Numbered from the stretch's first letter, positions 29,846 through 39,344 are shown. The stretch: DNA of 64,000 nt from an uncultured virus (IMG/VR IMGVR_UViG_2648501187_000001) (IMGVR_UViG_2648501187_000001); one strand, 5' to 3'. The notes: generated by a model from the letters alone, not told the origin. Program-made: numbers and translations.

Positions 29846-30163
29846 TCATGACCGTTCATTCGGGATCTCCTCCTTGATGCATTCGGGGCATTGCCCGTCC
29901 TTCCAGCCGGCCGGATCGATCATGATGTTCGTGCAGGTCGTGCATTCGGGCAGCCGGTGCGCCGGACAGTAGTGCATGTCGCGTTCCAATTCGGGATGCT
30001 CGTCCTTGTATGGGATTTGCCAGCCTTCGTCCTTCGCGTCGGTCAGCAGATCGTCCTCGTCCGCATACCATTGGCTGTCGTCGAACCGTTGTTCGCAGTT
30101 GGGGTCGTCGCATTCGATCATGAACCAAGCGCGGTCATCGAATGTTTTTTCGATTCTTGCCAT
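29846..30163 (-). CDS. Small Cys-rich hypothetical protein
   Basis: CDDPNC...HYCPAH...CTTC...CPEC. Confidence 0.7.
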   Translation of the reverse strand: MARIEKTFDDRAWFMIECDDPNCEQRFDDSQWYADEDDLLTDAKDEGWQIPYKDEHPELERDMHYCPAHRLPECTTCTNIMIDPAGWKDGQCPECIKEEIPNERS

Positions 30164-30503
30164 CGGGCCTCCGTCCCCTTGCGTGCGTCCGACGGTATGC
30201 GTCGCCCGGCGAGACGTCGGGTGTCGCCGGGCCTTCGGCCTGCGCCTGCTCCAACTGGCGGACCGTGCAGTGCACGCATTCCGGGTGCATGCCCGCCCAT
30301 GCGCCGACCATGAACGCCATATGCCTGGTCTCGCCGGTCAGGCTTCCCATGAGGGGACGCGCCTCCCATGAGGGGAGCGGCCGCCAGCCGTCGCGCCAAC
30401 AGTCCGACTCGAAGCCGATGTCATGGGTCCTGGCGGCCTTCGACGGCCATACGTGGATGAGGTCGGTCTCGACGTGGAGCGCGTATCTGAAGCGTATCGC
30501 CAT
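30135..30503 (-). CDS. Hypothetical protein
   Basis: MAIRFRY..., TGATG-coupled to the upstream gene. Confidence 0.55.
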   Translation of the reverse strand: MAIRFRYALHVETDLIHVWPSKAARTHDIGFESDCWRDGWRPLPSWEARPLMGSLTGETRHMAFMVGAWAGMHPECVHCTVRQLEQAQAEGPATPDVSPGDAYRRTHARGRRPDGKNRKNIR

Positions 30504-30754
30504 CAGTCCCGCCTCTCCTTTTCGTGTTCGAGTTCGTTGACGCAGCAGGCGCACATGCCGTCCACCAAGGCGGGGCGCATGTCGCCGCAGCGGCGGCAAC
30601 AGCCGGCTTCCGGCACGCGGGCCATGCGGTCGAACAGGTAGTCGCCCATGTCGTTGATGTCGATGCGGCCGGCCTTGCCGTGCAGGTATCCGGCCAGCAT
30701 GCCCTTCAGTTCGCGGCGGGCCACCTGCCTCGTTTCGAGATCTTTCAACGCCAT
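30503..30754 (-). CDS. Hypothetical protein with Cys cluster
   Basis: AAAGGGGAG SD. CCRRC...CACC. Confidence 0.65.
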   Translation of the reverse strand: MALKDLETRQVARRELKGMLAGYLHGKAGRIDINDMGDYLFDRMARVPEAGCCRRCGDMRPALVDGMCACCVNELEHEKERRD

Positions 30755-30918
30755 GTCACTCCCCTTTCAACCGGATTTCGTATTCCGGGGTTTCGGCCAT
30801 CCTGTCGTCGAACAGGAAGTCGCCCATATGGTCCACGTCGATCGGATAGCCGCTGCCGTACAGGTATTCGGCTATCGCGTTCTTGATCTCGCGCCTGTTG
30901 ATGACGCGCTCGTCGCTG

Positions 30919-31518
30919 TCATGCCTTGCCAAGGGTGTTTCCTTTCCCGTATTCGCCGATGCGGGCCAGCAGTCCGCCGAACATGCGTGATATGTCGCGC
31001 GCCGCCATACCGTTGTCCCGGGTCGTGAACCGGTGCAGCTCCCACTGGTCGGCCGCGGCAGTCAATAGTCGTCGCGCCTCGGCCGGATGGTCGGATGCGG
31101 GTTCCGGCCCGGCCGGCCCCGTTTCGGGCAGGTAGCACCATGATTGGGGCGCCCGTTTCAGTCCGATGTCGGACAAAGTCTTCGGCTTCCCGTAGCGGAT
31201 GGGGTTTTCCAGACGGTATGCGTACAGCCTGTCTGCGCCTTTCGCATACTCGTCGAATTCCTTTTCCGTCAGGCACGCTGCGGCGCCGTATTCCCTCCAG
31301 ATGGTCTCCGGCGGGGCCGCGTGCATGCCCTTCACCCTGACCTCTCCGACGATCAGTCCGGTGCCGGTCCGGTAGATGAGCATGCGGCCGATCATCCGGT
31401 TCATGCGACTGCGGCGGATTTCGACCGTCTTCGCGCCGGAGAGTATGAGGTCCGCCCATTTGGATCTTAGGGCGAATGACGCCGCCGGGACCCCGGTGTC
31501 GTCATTCATCATCGTCAT
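30919..31518 (-). CDS. ASCH/PUA-like domain protein
   Basis: WADLILSGAKTVEIRR...LIYRT...IVGEV...LSDIGLKRAPQSWCY. Confidence 0.85.
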   Translation of the reverse strand: MTMMNDDTGVPAASFALRSKWADLILSGAKTVEIRRSRMNRMIGRMLIYRTGTGLIVGEVRVKGMHAAPPETIWREYGAAACLTEKEFDEYAKGADRLYAYRLENPIRYGKPKTLSDIGLKRAPQSWCYLPETGPAGPEPASDHPAEARRLLTAAADQWELHRFTTRDNGMAARDISRMFGGLLARIGEYGKGNTLGKA

Positions 31519-31774
31519 CCTCCCATGCCATGCCGTATGCGGCCCTGACCGCGATGGTCGCGATGTCTTCCCGCTGACCCTTGGTCAGCCACGGGTATCG
31601 TTCCAATGCGCGGCGGACCCGTTTGGTCGCCTGCTTGTCCGCGCATCGCATGGCCCCGTCCATCCAGCCCAGCTGGTAGGCGTTCACGAGTCCGCAGGCC
31701 TGCAATACGGTGTCCGGCGTGGTCTCGACCCATTCGGCCGCGGCTTTCGCGCTTTCGTCAAGAGGATCCGTCAT
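31502..31774 (-). CDS. Hypothetical protein
   Basis: Coupled 90-aa ORF. Confidence 0.6.
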   Translation of the reverse strand: MTDPLDESAKAAAEWVETTPDTVLQACGLVNAYQLGWMDGAMRCADKQATKRVRRALERYPWLTKGQREDIATIAVRAAYGMAWEDDDDE

Positions 31775-33042
31775 CGGCCGGCTTCCTTCAGTAGTTTGAT
31801 TGTGTGCGCGGCTTCGCTGAGCTTGTATCGGATCGTGCTGGTCGGCAAAATGAACGCCCCGACCAGCTCCTCAACATGCCCGTTGAATCCCTGTTTGAAT
31901 TCCAATACCCCACAGCCTTCGTCATCCGGGTCGTTGAATACGCCGGTGATGCCGTACATGTTGAAGCGTCGCGGTTGGGTACTGTTGACGCACAGGCGGA
32001 ACATTCCTTCGTGGACCAACAGGGCGGGAGCCTGGTATGCCCGGTATTCGGGGAGAGCGCCGGCTGTCAGATACACGGTTTCACGCCGGTGTTCCACGAA
32101 CAGGGCGCAGGCGGCTGGGATCACGCTACCATGTGTGGTCAAGGCGCGCGCCTCGTCGAGGCGACGTTCCAGGGCGGTCAGGTTGCGGGCCGTATCGTCG
32201 GTCTGGCGTTTGAGCCGGGTCGTGGCATGCGCTTCGTATCTGGTTCTCAGCGAATCCAGCCGATCGGCGAGCCTGTCATGTTCGGCGGTCAGGCCGGCCA
32301 GAAGCTCATCGGCATGGATTTCGGCGAGCATGAAACGGGCTCGGCTTCCGAATGTCTCCTTGAACCGGCGATAGTAGTCTTCGTCGCGGGCCATGAAGCC
32401 GCGTCGTCCTGCGGTCTTCCGTTCGATGTCCACGAACGTGCCAAGCTCATCCGCACCGAGTTCGCGTACTCGCACGCCTGATGTTCTCGCCCGGTTCACG
32501 CTCCACCGGGTGCGCGGCTTACATGAGGCGAGCAGCGTCTTCTCATCCTTGATCCCGTCGAAGGTTCTGATCCAATTCCAACGGTTGACGACTTTCCCGT
32601 ATCCGGTGTCGAATCCCTGATGCCTCCAGCCGCATGACCGGTAGGCGTCGAGAATCATCGTGTCGGGGGCCCCGATCGGGTTCCCGGCCGCGTCATGCCT
32701 CTGGTATTCGATGTTCGGCCAGCATGTGACGGACACGGCATGACGGCGTCGTGCGGCGAGCCGGATTCCACGGGTCATGTGTTCGAGGAGTTTCGGATCA
32801 TCGAGCGCGCATAACGGTCCGAGCCAGATGCTGCCTTCCGGGCCAAGCCGGCCTCGCGTCCACGCGATCAGGCAGCCGGCCGATAGAACGCCGTTGCGGG
32901 TCACGCCGATCAGATCCATGGCATCCACGTCCGGTTCGGCGAGATGAGCCATGTGCCCGGTCTGCTGGAATCCGCCCTGCGGATGTCCGGCAGACAGCAG
33001 ATCCAGTTGGTTGAAGGTGATGGGTGTGATGTCGTAGATCAA
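31771..33042 (-). CDS. FemABX/MurM-family aminoacyl-tRNA-dependent peptidoglycan bridge transferase
   Basis: HPQGGFQQT, GP, GWRHQGFDTGY, RWSVNRA...GVRVRE, RDEDYY, coiled-coil insert, FNMYGITGVF...GVLEFKQGFNGHVEELVGAF. Confidence 0.9.
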   Translation of the reverse strand: MIYDITPITFNQLDLLSAGHPQGGFQQTGHMAHLAEPDVDAMDLIGVTRNGVLSAGCLIAWTRGRLGPEGSIWLGPLCALDDPKLLEHMTRGIRLAARRRHAVSVTCWPNIEYQRHDAAGNPIGAPDTMILDAYRSCGWRHQGFDTGYGKVVNRWNWIRTFDGIKDEKTLLASCKPRTRWSVNRARTSGVRVRELGADELGTFVDIERKTAGRRGFMARDEDYYRRFKETFGSRARFMLAEIHADELLAGLTAEHDRLADRLDSLRTRYEAHATTRLKRQTDDTARNLTALERRLDEARALTTHGSVIPAACALFVEHRRETVYLTAGALPEYRAYQAPALLVHEGMFRLCVNSTQPRRFNMYGITGVFNDPDDEGCGVLEFKQGFNGHVEELVGAFILPTSTIRYKLSEAAHTIKLLKEAGR

Positions 33043-33162
33043 TTCAGTCCTTCCATTATGAGACCGGTTCCGGCATGAAGAGCGTATGTGAAGCGGATCG
33101 TCATCGATATCCCCCCTACCCTCCCGTGTTTGGGTTCGTCTAGGATCAGGGGCACGGCGCTC

Positions 33163-33405
33163 TCATCCAACGGGTTCGTCATCGCGGCCTCCCTTATTCG
33201 CGATCGTCTGGAGGATGCCCGCCAGGCAGCCGATTTCGCCGGGGCTCAACCGGATTCGGCGGATCGTGCCGCCGCTGTCGGTGGACAGCACCCACGTGCG
33301 GACGCCGTGTCGGCCGTCGCCCGGCAGCCAGGTGAGGCTCACATGCCCGCAGGAGGCGCCCGTGATCATGCCGGCGCGGCGTTCGACTTCGATTTCCGGC
33401 TTCAT
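33163..33405 (-). CDS. Hypothetical protein
   Basis: Coupled 80-aa ORF. Confidence 0.55.
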   Translation of the reverse strand: MKPEIEVERRAGMITGASCGHVSLTWLPGDGRHGVRTWVLSTDSGGTIRRIRLSPGEIGCLAGILQTIANKGGRDDEPVG

Positions 33406-33965
33406 CGCACGCCTTCCAGGATCAGGGGCACGGCGGCCCAACGGCGGAACATGCGGCCCGGCGCGGCCGTGCAGTACGCGTGATCCGGGTGAATCGCGGT
33501 CACGCCTTTCGCGGCCATCGCCTCCAATGTGACGGGCCTGTCGTCGATGAGTACGTCCGGTGTGAGCAGCGTCTTGTCGCCGTTGTAGTAGCCGTCGAAC
33601 TGGAAGCCGTTGCGGTGCAGCCAGCGTTGGCTTTCGCCGCGCCGGTCGTCCGCGCGGCTGGTCGCCATGATGACGTTCCAGCCCGCATCGTGCAGCTGGT
33701 TCAAGGCTTCGGCGGCTCCCTCATAGGGTTCTTCGCGTGAGTAGAGACCGTCGGCGACGGCGCGCGTATGCCACCAGCGGAACGATTTCGCGTCGCCGGT
33801 GAACGGCCATCCGCCGGTCAGCGTGAAATCGTAGGCCGTCGGCTCCGGGCACGGGCATTCGTCCATGTCATGTCCGCATTCGCGGATGTAGTCGCGCAGA
33901 CCGTTCGTATAGTCGGCGATCGTGTTGTCGATGTCCACCATGATTGTCTTGGTCAAGGCTGTCAC
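33402..33965 (-). CDS. 5'(3')-nucleotidase, NT5C-like HAD
   Basis: IMVDIDNTIAD, PYEGAAEAL, MATSR, DKT...DVLIDD. Confidence 0.85.
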   Translation of the reverse strand: MTALTKTIMVDIDNTIADYTNGLRDYIRECGHDMDECPCPEPTAYDFTLTGGWPFTGDAKSFRWWHTRAVADGLYSREEPYEGAAEALNQLHDAGWNVIMATSRADDRRGESQRWLHRNGFQFDGYYNGDKTLLTPDVLIDDRPVTLEAMAAKGVTAIHPDHAYCTAAPGRMFRRWAAVPLILEGVR

Positions 33966-34192
33966 CTCTTTTCAAGCTGGTCTGCCAGTTCGTCAAGCCA
34001 GGCGTCGACGGCTTCGCTCTCATACCCGTAGGAGCCGCAGGGCAGGTTCAGATGCCTGATCTCGTCGGCGGTAAGGCCTCCCGGCTCCCCGGGGTGGGCC
34101 AGGGTGAACGAGGCGAGGCGCTGTACCAGGTCGACGGGTACCGGCATGTAGGATGCGGGAGCCGATACGAGCGGGAACATCGGGTATGCCAT
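33962..34192 (-). CDS. Small protein with DivIVA-like motif
   Basis: LTADEIRHLNLP...GYESEAVDAWLDELADQL. Confidence 0.6.
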   Translation of the reverse strand: MAYPMFPLVSAPASYMPVPVDLVQRLASFTLAHPGEPGGLTADEIRHLNLPCGSYGYESEAVDAWLDELADQLEKR

Positions 34193-34194
34193 GC

Positions 34195-35232
34195 TTATAG
34201 TCCGTTCTTCGTCAGGTATTTGTTGTTGATGATTTTGAAGCATCGATTGGCTCCCAGTTCGTTCGCCAATCCTTCGGACAGTTGCTGGTCTTCGTGCAGA
34301 TGCCAGACGATGCCCTCGTCCAGACGGTCTTTGGTGACGTTGCCACGCAACCCGTCTACTTTGGCGATCATGTCGTCCACGCTCCCTGTCAATGCCCACT
34401 CGTTTTCGTCGAGTTCGGGAACGGCAAGATTCGGCATTCCCGTCGGCCACTGGTCGCGGTCGATCTTGTGATGGTCTTTCCAGACGGCGAAGACGAACGG
34501 ACGTTGGGCCGGCAGTTTCAAACGGTTTGATTGGATACCGGGGCCACATAGCTCGAACTGGACGGCCATGCCGGGCCATAGCATCTTGTCCAACTGGAAT
34601 CTTTTGGCGAGCTGCATGTTCGAGGACATGGAGTCAAGCTCCCAGTTGCGTGAGTACACGTGGACTTGTCCGCGTTCGTCCATGCTGAGCGTGGTGCTGG
34701 TGCCATCGACCTTCACGGTCGGCACGGCTTTCAACGTCTTGATTTCATCCCAGTGGTCGGTGAGCGTCTGCAAACGTGGCGCGTCCGACTTGGAGCAGGG
34801 CGCGTCGAACCGGCCGATCTGAGCACCGCCCATCGGCAGGGGCTCCTCGTATTTGAGTACATTCGCCTTATCGGTGATGTCCGTGCCGACTGCCGGCGTA
34901 TACCGGAATCCGAGTTCATCCAAACGCATGATGAGGCCCTGCGAATACACTCCGCGCAGTTTCATGGTGCGCAGCACATGGCCGGTGATTTCCATGGAAC
35001 CGACGATCATGGTCTTCTGACCGCGAGCCTGGAACGCCTTGTAACGCGGGTCATAGGCGGGCAGAAGACTGTCCGTCTCGAAATAGGCGACCCTGTCCCC
35101 CGGCTTCAGATGCATGTCCTTGCCGACGACCACACGCCACCCCAATATGCGGGCGACTTCGATGCGATCGGCCCCCTCGATGGGCTCGATGTTGGTGATT
35201 TCCTGTACGCTGACGAGTTTCCTGCTGCTCAT
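34195..35232 (-). CDS. ATP-dependent RNA ligase (Rnl5/DRB0094 family)
   Basis: N-terminal IEPIEGADRIE...GWRVVV...LRGVYSQGL module. Motifs KVDGTS, FELCG, FVFAV, EGIVW, FKII. Confidence 0.9.
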   Translation of the reverse strand: MSSRKLVSVQEITNIEPIEGADRIEVARILGWRVVVGKDMHLKPGDRVAYFETDSLLPAYDPRYKAFQARGQKTMIVGSMEITGHVLRTMKLRGVYSQGLIMRLDELGFRYTPAVGTDITDKANVLKYEEPLPMGGAQIGRFDAPCSKSDAPRLQTLTDHWDEIKTLKAVPTVKVDGTSTTLSMDERGQVHVYSRNWELDSMSSNMQLAKRFQLDKMLWPGMAVQFELCGPGIQSNRLKLPAQRPFVFAVWKDHHKIDRDQWPTGMPNLAVPELDENEWALTGSVDDMIAKVDGLRGNVTKDRLDEGIVWHLHEDQQLSEGLANELGANRCFKIINNKYLTKNGL

Positions 35233-35370
35233 GCCGCCACTCCCCTGCTGTATCGTTCGGGCGAGATGGTGATGATCATCTCGTTTTCGTCGTAGGCTCC
35301 GTCTTTCATGCCTGTGACCTTTGTCATATTCAAACCGTGTCCATGGCCCGTTCCCCGCCGGTTCGCGTGG

Positions 35371-35592
35371 TCAGACGGGGCATGGGGCGCGCCCCTCGGA
35401 CACGGTGTCCGATTCGATGGTCAGGACCGGTTCGCCCTCGTCGTCGACGAGCGTGGCGGGCCGTCCCGTCGCGTCCGCCGCGGCGCGCGTGGCGGCGAGC
35501 ATGCCGGCGAACGTGAGCCCGCCGGGCAATGGGGTCGTGTAGTCGACGGGCCCGTAGGCGCCGTCCCGGGTCGCGTGGATCTCGTATTCCAT
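35371..35592 (-). CDS. Hypothetical protein (probably leaderless)
   Basis: [14 protein letters not shown] lies 8 nt after GACGCATAC. Confidence 0.6.
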   Translation of the reverse strand: MEYEIHATRDGAYGPVDYTTPLPGGLTFAGMLAATRAAADATGRPATLVDDEGEPVLTIESDTVSEGRAPCPV

Positions 35593-35629
35593 GCCCCCGG
35601 GTATGCGTCCCCATACACGCGGTCCGGGT

Positions 35630-35991
35630 GTATGCATTCCGGTCCGCGTGTATGCATCCGTATGCATCCGGGGATGCATACATCTTTTCTTTCCGTTTCG
35701 GCTTGTTTCCAACGTTCCGGGGATGGCCCGGAGGCGTGTATGCATTGTATGCATCATTCCCTTATAGGGGATTCGGGAAAAAGGAAGGAAACCCCATATA
35801 TTGATGCATACAATGCATACAAGAGAAAGGAATTATATTTTTTCCTTTATTTATAAGGGTTTTCGGGCTTTTTCCGGGCTTTTTCTGTATGCATCCCCGG
35901 ATGCATACAGATGCATACACGCATACAAAACGGGCCGGAAAACTTTACAATATTGTAAAGGTCGGAGGTGAGGCTTTACAATATTGTAAAG
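35630..35991. repeat. Origin-like repeat, copy 1 (332-bp direct repeat plus an extra palindrome)
   Basis: Near-identical to 55202-55533. Many GTATGCAT/ATGCATAC units, a perfect 20-bp inverted repeat, an AT-rich core, and the palindrome CTTTACAATATTGTAAAG twice. Confidence 0.85.
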
Positions 35992-36149
35992 TCCGGCCCC
36001 CGGGATGCGGTCGCCCCGCCGGCACATCGGGATGCCTCTTTTTTCAGTTCGAGACCAGATCCGACGCCATATCCATCGGCTCGCCGCCTTGGCGCAGCCG
36101 TTCCGCATGGACGGATGCGCGGACCGGGTCGGCGATCAGGCGGCCGGCT

Positions 36150-36328
36150 ATCCGGTCCGTCTCCCCAGGGCTTCCGGGAAATCCGGGTCGCCCAGCTACT
36201 ACGCCGGTGCCAGCGGCGGAGCACCACCGGAAATACTCAAGCAATACATACGCAACCAGCAAACACCCGAGTCAAGGCAATTCCTCCCCGCCCTCACGGA
36301 CGGGGGTTCCTTGCCCAAATCGGGCTGA
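36150..36328 (+). pseudogene. IS200/IS605 tnpA 3' remnant with end hairpin
   Basis: SPSYYAGASGGAPPEILKQYIRNQQTP followed by TTCCTCCCCGCCCTCACGGACGGGGGTTCC. Confidence 0.75.
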
Positions 36329-36336
36329 AAAAACGG

Positions 36337-36690
36337 CTAATCCGGTTCTGAAGAGCCGGGCTTGCGCCGCAAAAACTGGTCAAGGTTTCTCCTGTCCAGG
36401 TCGAGTTCGAGAAGCGTGCGCACCCGGTCGAGTTCGCCGGCGACGTCCGTCATCCACGCGGCGGCCCGTCTGAGACCGTCCGGCGTGACCGTCCCGCCCG
36501 GCGTCGGACCGCGCCGGGCCCGGAGCCGGATGCCGCCGGCGGGCGTGGGGCAGGCGTCCACGCGGGGCGGCTCCTCCGGGTCGCCGTCAAGCCGGAATCC
36601 CGTGACCCGGTAGCGGACGGTCCCGTCGTCCCGGCGGATCCAGTCGATCCGGTAACGGCCCGTATGACCCAATGTCAGGACGTCGTTCAT
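36337..36690 (-). CDS. Hypothetical protein
   Basis: MNDVLTLG... ORF. Confidence 0.55.
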   Translation of the reverse strand: MNDVLTLGHTGRYRIDWIRRDDGTVRYRVTGFRLDGDPEEPPRVDACPTPAGGIRLRARRGPTPGGTVTPDGLRRAAAWMTDVAGELDRVRTLLELDLDRRNLDQFLRRKPGSSEPD

Positions 36691-36768
36691 GGCCGCCCCG
36701 TCCGGGGCGTGCGGCGCACGACCCATTCGACCGGCCGTCCGCCGGGCAGCCCCTCGGGGCGGATATTC

Positions 36769-37098
36769 TCAGTCGACATAATCGTATCCCGTCCAGTCGC
36801 GCAGCAGCTCGCATACGGTGACGCCTTTGACGAGCAGCACGCGATGATGGTCCTCCGCGTCCTCGAGCGTGACGAGCGCGCACCCGGTGCGGTCCGGCTT
36901 CGGGTCCATGGGGTCGGCGACGTCCTCCCATGCGACGGGCGTGCTCCCGTCCGCCATGTTTTCGTCGTACGGGGCGGGAGCCCACGTGCCGTCCGGCAGA
37001 CGTTCGAACGTGTCCGTGGAATCCCGCCAGGCGTCCATGAGCCGTGTTTTGAGATGACCGGTGATGATGGTCCTGAACTGCTGATCGTTGTCGTTCAT
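36769..37098 (-). CDS. Hypothetical protein (probably leaderless)
   Basis: MNDNDQQF. ATG lies 8 nt after GACGCATGC. Confidence 0.7.
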   Translation of the reverse strand: MNDNDQQFRTIITGHLKTRLMDAWRDSTDTFERLPDGTWAPAPYDENMADGSTPVAWEDVADPMDPKPDRTGCALVTLEDAEDHHRVLLVKGVTVCELLRDWTGYDYVD

Positions 37099-37152
37099 GC
37101 CCCGTGGCATGCGTCCCCGGACGGGCATGGGACGCGTCCGCGGCGAAGCGTC

Positions 37153-37890
37153 TCACCGGGCGTACGGGGGGATCGCGTGCAGGCCGGCCCCGTCCGCCAG
37201 CAGCATGCCCCGGTCGCCGATCGGCGTGCCGTCCGGCATGGTGCTGAACGTGTCGCATAGCCACACGCCCTCCACGTTGCGGACCGACGGGACGGGCGTA
37301 TGGCCGGACACCTGGGTCAGGCGGCCGTCGTAGTCCCCGTGGCCGGGACGCGCCCACAACGGTCCGTCGTCGTCCATGTACAGGGCGGCCAGGCTTCCGG
37401 GACGGTCCGGCAGGCGGTTCAGACGGGCCGCGATCCGGTCGGCGGTCATGCCCGTCCAGGCGTGCCCGAACCGGCGGATCCCCCACCGGCGGGTGAGTCC
37501 CGCGTGCGTGGCGATGATTGTGCCGTCCGTCCATGCGATCCGTATCGGGATGTCCTTCATGAGCTCGTGGACGCGGCGCTGCGCGCCCGGTTTGAAGCCC
37601 GGCGCCTGGGCGCGTACGCGCGCGAACGAGGCGGATTCGTGTTGCATGAGATACGGGACGTCATGGTTGCCGAGCAGCGGGACGATCTCCCGTCGCCCGG
37701 ATTCGGCCCGGTACCATGAGGCGAACCGTTCCATGAACCGTATCATGCCCGTGTTCGACACATGCCAGTCGTCGCATATGTCGCCCAGCAGGACGATCCG
37801 GTCGGCATGCTCCCGGTCTGCCATGTTCGAGATGAAAGGCAGCAGGTCGCCTTTCGCGTGCAGGTCGCCGGCGAACAGGGTGCGGTTCAC
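37153..37890 (-). CDS. Calcineurin-like metallophosphoesterase
   Basis: GDLH, LLGDICD, LLGNHD, THAG, SGHTP. Confidence 0.9.
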   Translation of the reverse strand: MNRTLFAGDLHAKGDLLPFISNMADREHADRIVLLGDICDDWHVSNTGMIRFMERFASWYRAESGRREIVPLLGNHDVPYLMQHESASFARVRAQAPGFKPGAQRRVHELMKDIPIRIAWTDGTIIATHAGLTRRWGIRRFGHAWTGMTADRIAARLNRLPDRPGSLAALYMDDDGPLWARPGHGDYDGRLTQVSGHTPVPSVRNVEGVWLCDTFSTMPDGTPIGDRGMLLADGAGLHAIPPYAR

Positions 37891-38483
37891 GCCCCGCCCC
37901 CTTCCGGCAGGATCGCCGTGCTGTCCGACGTGGCGACGGACACGAGGCCGGGACGGGTCAGGAGCATGCCGGTCCTGACCGTGGCGTCCGCGTCCAGCCA
38001 CCAGATCGCGTACCGGCGGCCCGCGTGCACGATCCGGACGGGCGTCTCCGGATCGTCGGGGTCGATGACGCGCAGGACGCGGACCGGCCGGGTCGCGTCC
38101 ACGCCGCGCATCACGGTGTCCGCGGGCGTCCAGTCCCAGGTGGCGGCGCGCCAGCCGGCCAATGCGAGCAGGGCGAGCAGGAGGATGACGCCCAATGCGG
38201 TCTGGCCGGCCATGAACGAGACGACGGCGAGCAGGAGCACGCCCAGCAGTTGCAGGATCATGGGCGTCAGGGCGCGGCGCCATTCCGTGCGGGTCGGCCG
38301 GGGCACGGGGCTCCACGGGTCGCGCGGCCGCGTCTTCGTTTTCGCCTGTCTGCGTCCGGCTGCGGGCCGGACCGAGGGCGGACGGTCCGGCTTCACCTCG
38401 TGGAATGTTTCGGTCCGCTCGTCGGGGCCGGCGTGCGGACGGTCGGCGTCCAGGCGCCGTTCGAGCTCGTTGACCGCGCTCAC
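37887..38483 (-). CDS. Membrane protein
   Basis: Two TM helices, GTGA-coupled. Confidence 0.6.
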   Translation of the reverse strand: MSAVNELERRLDADRPHAGPDERTETFHEVKPDRPPSVRPAAGRRQAKTKTRPRDPWSPVPRPTRTEWRRALTPMILQLLGVLLLAVVSFMAGQTALGVILLLALLALAGWRAATWDWTPADTVMRGVDATRPVRVLRVIDPDDPETPVRIVHAGRRYAIWWLDADATVRTGMLLTRPGLVSVATSDSTAILPEGGGA

Positions 38484-38704
38484 CTGGCCTCCTTGCCGCG
38501 GCGGCGGAGGATGACGCCCGGTTCGACGATGTGGTAGCCGCCGCATTCCGGGCATTTGCGGATCGTCTTGCCTTCCGGCAGGCGGCCGAGCGCGATCCGG
38601 GCGTCCACGGGGGTCGTGTAGCGGGTGCGACGGCATTTGCGGCTGAACATGGCGTCGGCCTTCAACGGGCGGGGCTGGGTTTTCTCAAGGTTCCTGCGTG
38701 ACAT
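38480..38704 (-). CDS. Small zinc-ribbon protein
   Basis: KC...Y...ARIAL...KCPECGGYHI. GAAAGGA SD. Confidence 0.6.
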   Translation of the reverse strand: MSRRNLEKTQPRPLKADAMFSRKCRRTRYTTPVDARIALGRLPEGKTIRKCPECGGYHIVEPGVILRRRGKEAR

Positions 38705-38751
38705 GGGATGGTTTTCCTTTCGTTTTTGCCGGGTTATGGGCATGCGCCTGT

Positions 38752-39258
38752 TCAGACGGCGGCTTCGATGGCGAGGCGGGACAGTTCGTTCGCGTCGAAC
38801 GCGTGTTCGGCGATCCCCTTGCCGAGGGTGACGGTCACGCCGCCGGAACGGCCCGGCTGGTATTTCACGCCGTCCGGTATCTCTCCCCCGTGTTCGCGGA
38901 TGAGGCGTTCGAGGAAACGTTCGCCCATGGCGTTCGGGGTCGGGTAGTTGACGGTGATGACGGCTGGCTGGCCCTCGCAGTCCAGTCCGTAGTGGCTGAG
39001 GAAGTCCGCGTAGGCGAGCGGATCGTCCACCTTGTAGGAGCCCGTCCCGTCGGCCTTCACGAGCACGGTGGCCGCGTCGAGGCCGGCGAACACGGCGTTC
39101 TCCTTCGGGCTGTCCGCGTCGTGCGTGCGAAGGTACTGGCGTTTCGCCCCGTCCAGCGCCTTCGCGATCTTCTTCTGGAGGATGGCCAGTCCGGCCATGT
39201 GGGCGAGCAGCATGTCGGGCGTCATCTCCGACCAGTCGCATGGTTCGGTTTCCGTCAT
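38752..39258 (-). CDS. Hypothetical phage-like protein
   Basis: 168 aa, GAAAGGA SD, GEIPDGV motif. Confidence 0.7.
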   Translation of the reverse strand: MTETEPCDWSEMTPDMLLAHMAGLAILQKKIAKALDGAKRQYLRTHDADSPKENAVFAGLDAATVLVKADGTGSYKVDDPLAYADFLSHYGLDCEGQPAVITVNYPTPNAMGERFLERLIREHGGEIPDGVKYQPGRSGGVTVTLGKGIAEHAFDANELSRLAIEAAV

Positions 39259-39344
39259 GATTCTTCCTTTCCTCCCCCGTCCGGCACGGGGGTCTTGTCC
39301 GTATCCGCGTATGCGTCCCCCGCCGGTGACGCATACGCGCCCGT

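Larger units (their letters stand above)
27168..29859 (-). pseudogene. Hypothetical gene split by IS605
   Basis: Excising 27273-29103 restores the frame ...ERFAVRY|GKYLKDNRTALDAAIIDPTGLVARHVATIKPKWD*. Confidence 0.8.

Noticed and set aside
35630..35991. Possible CRISPR array in the GTATGCAT repeat region
   Set aside because: Repeats are 8-9 bp, irregularly spaced and in both orientations. There are no constant-length spacers or cas genes.
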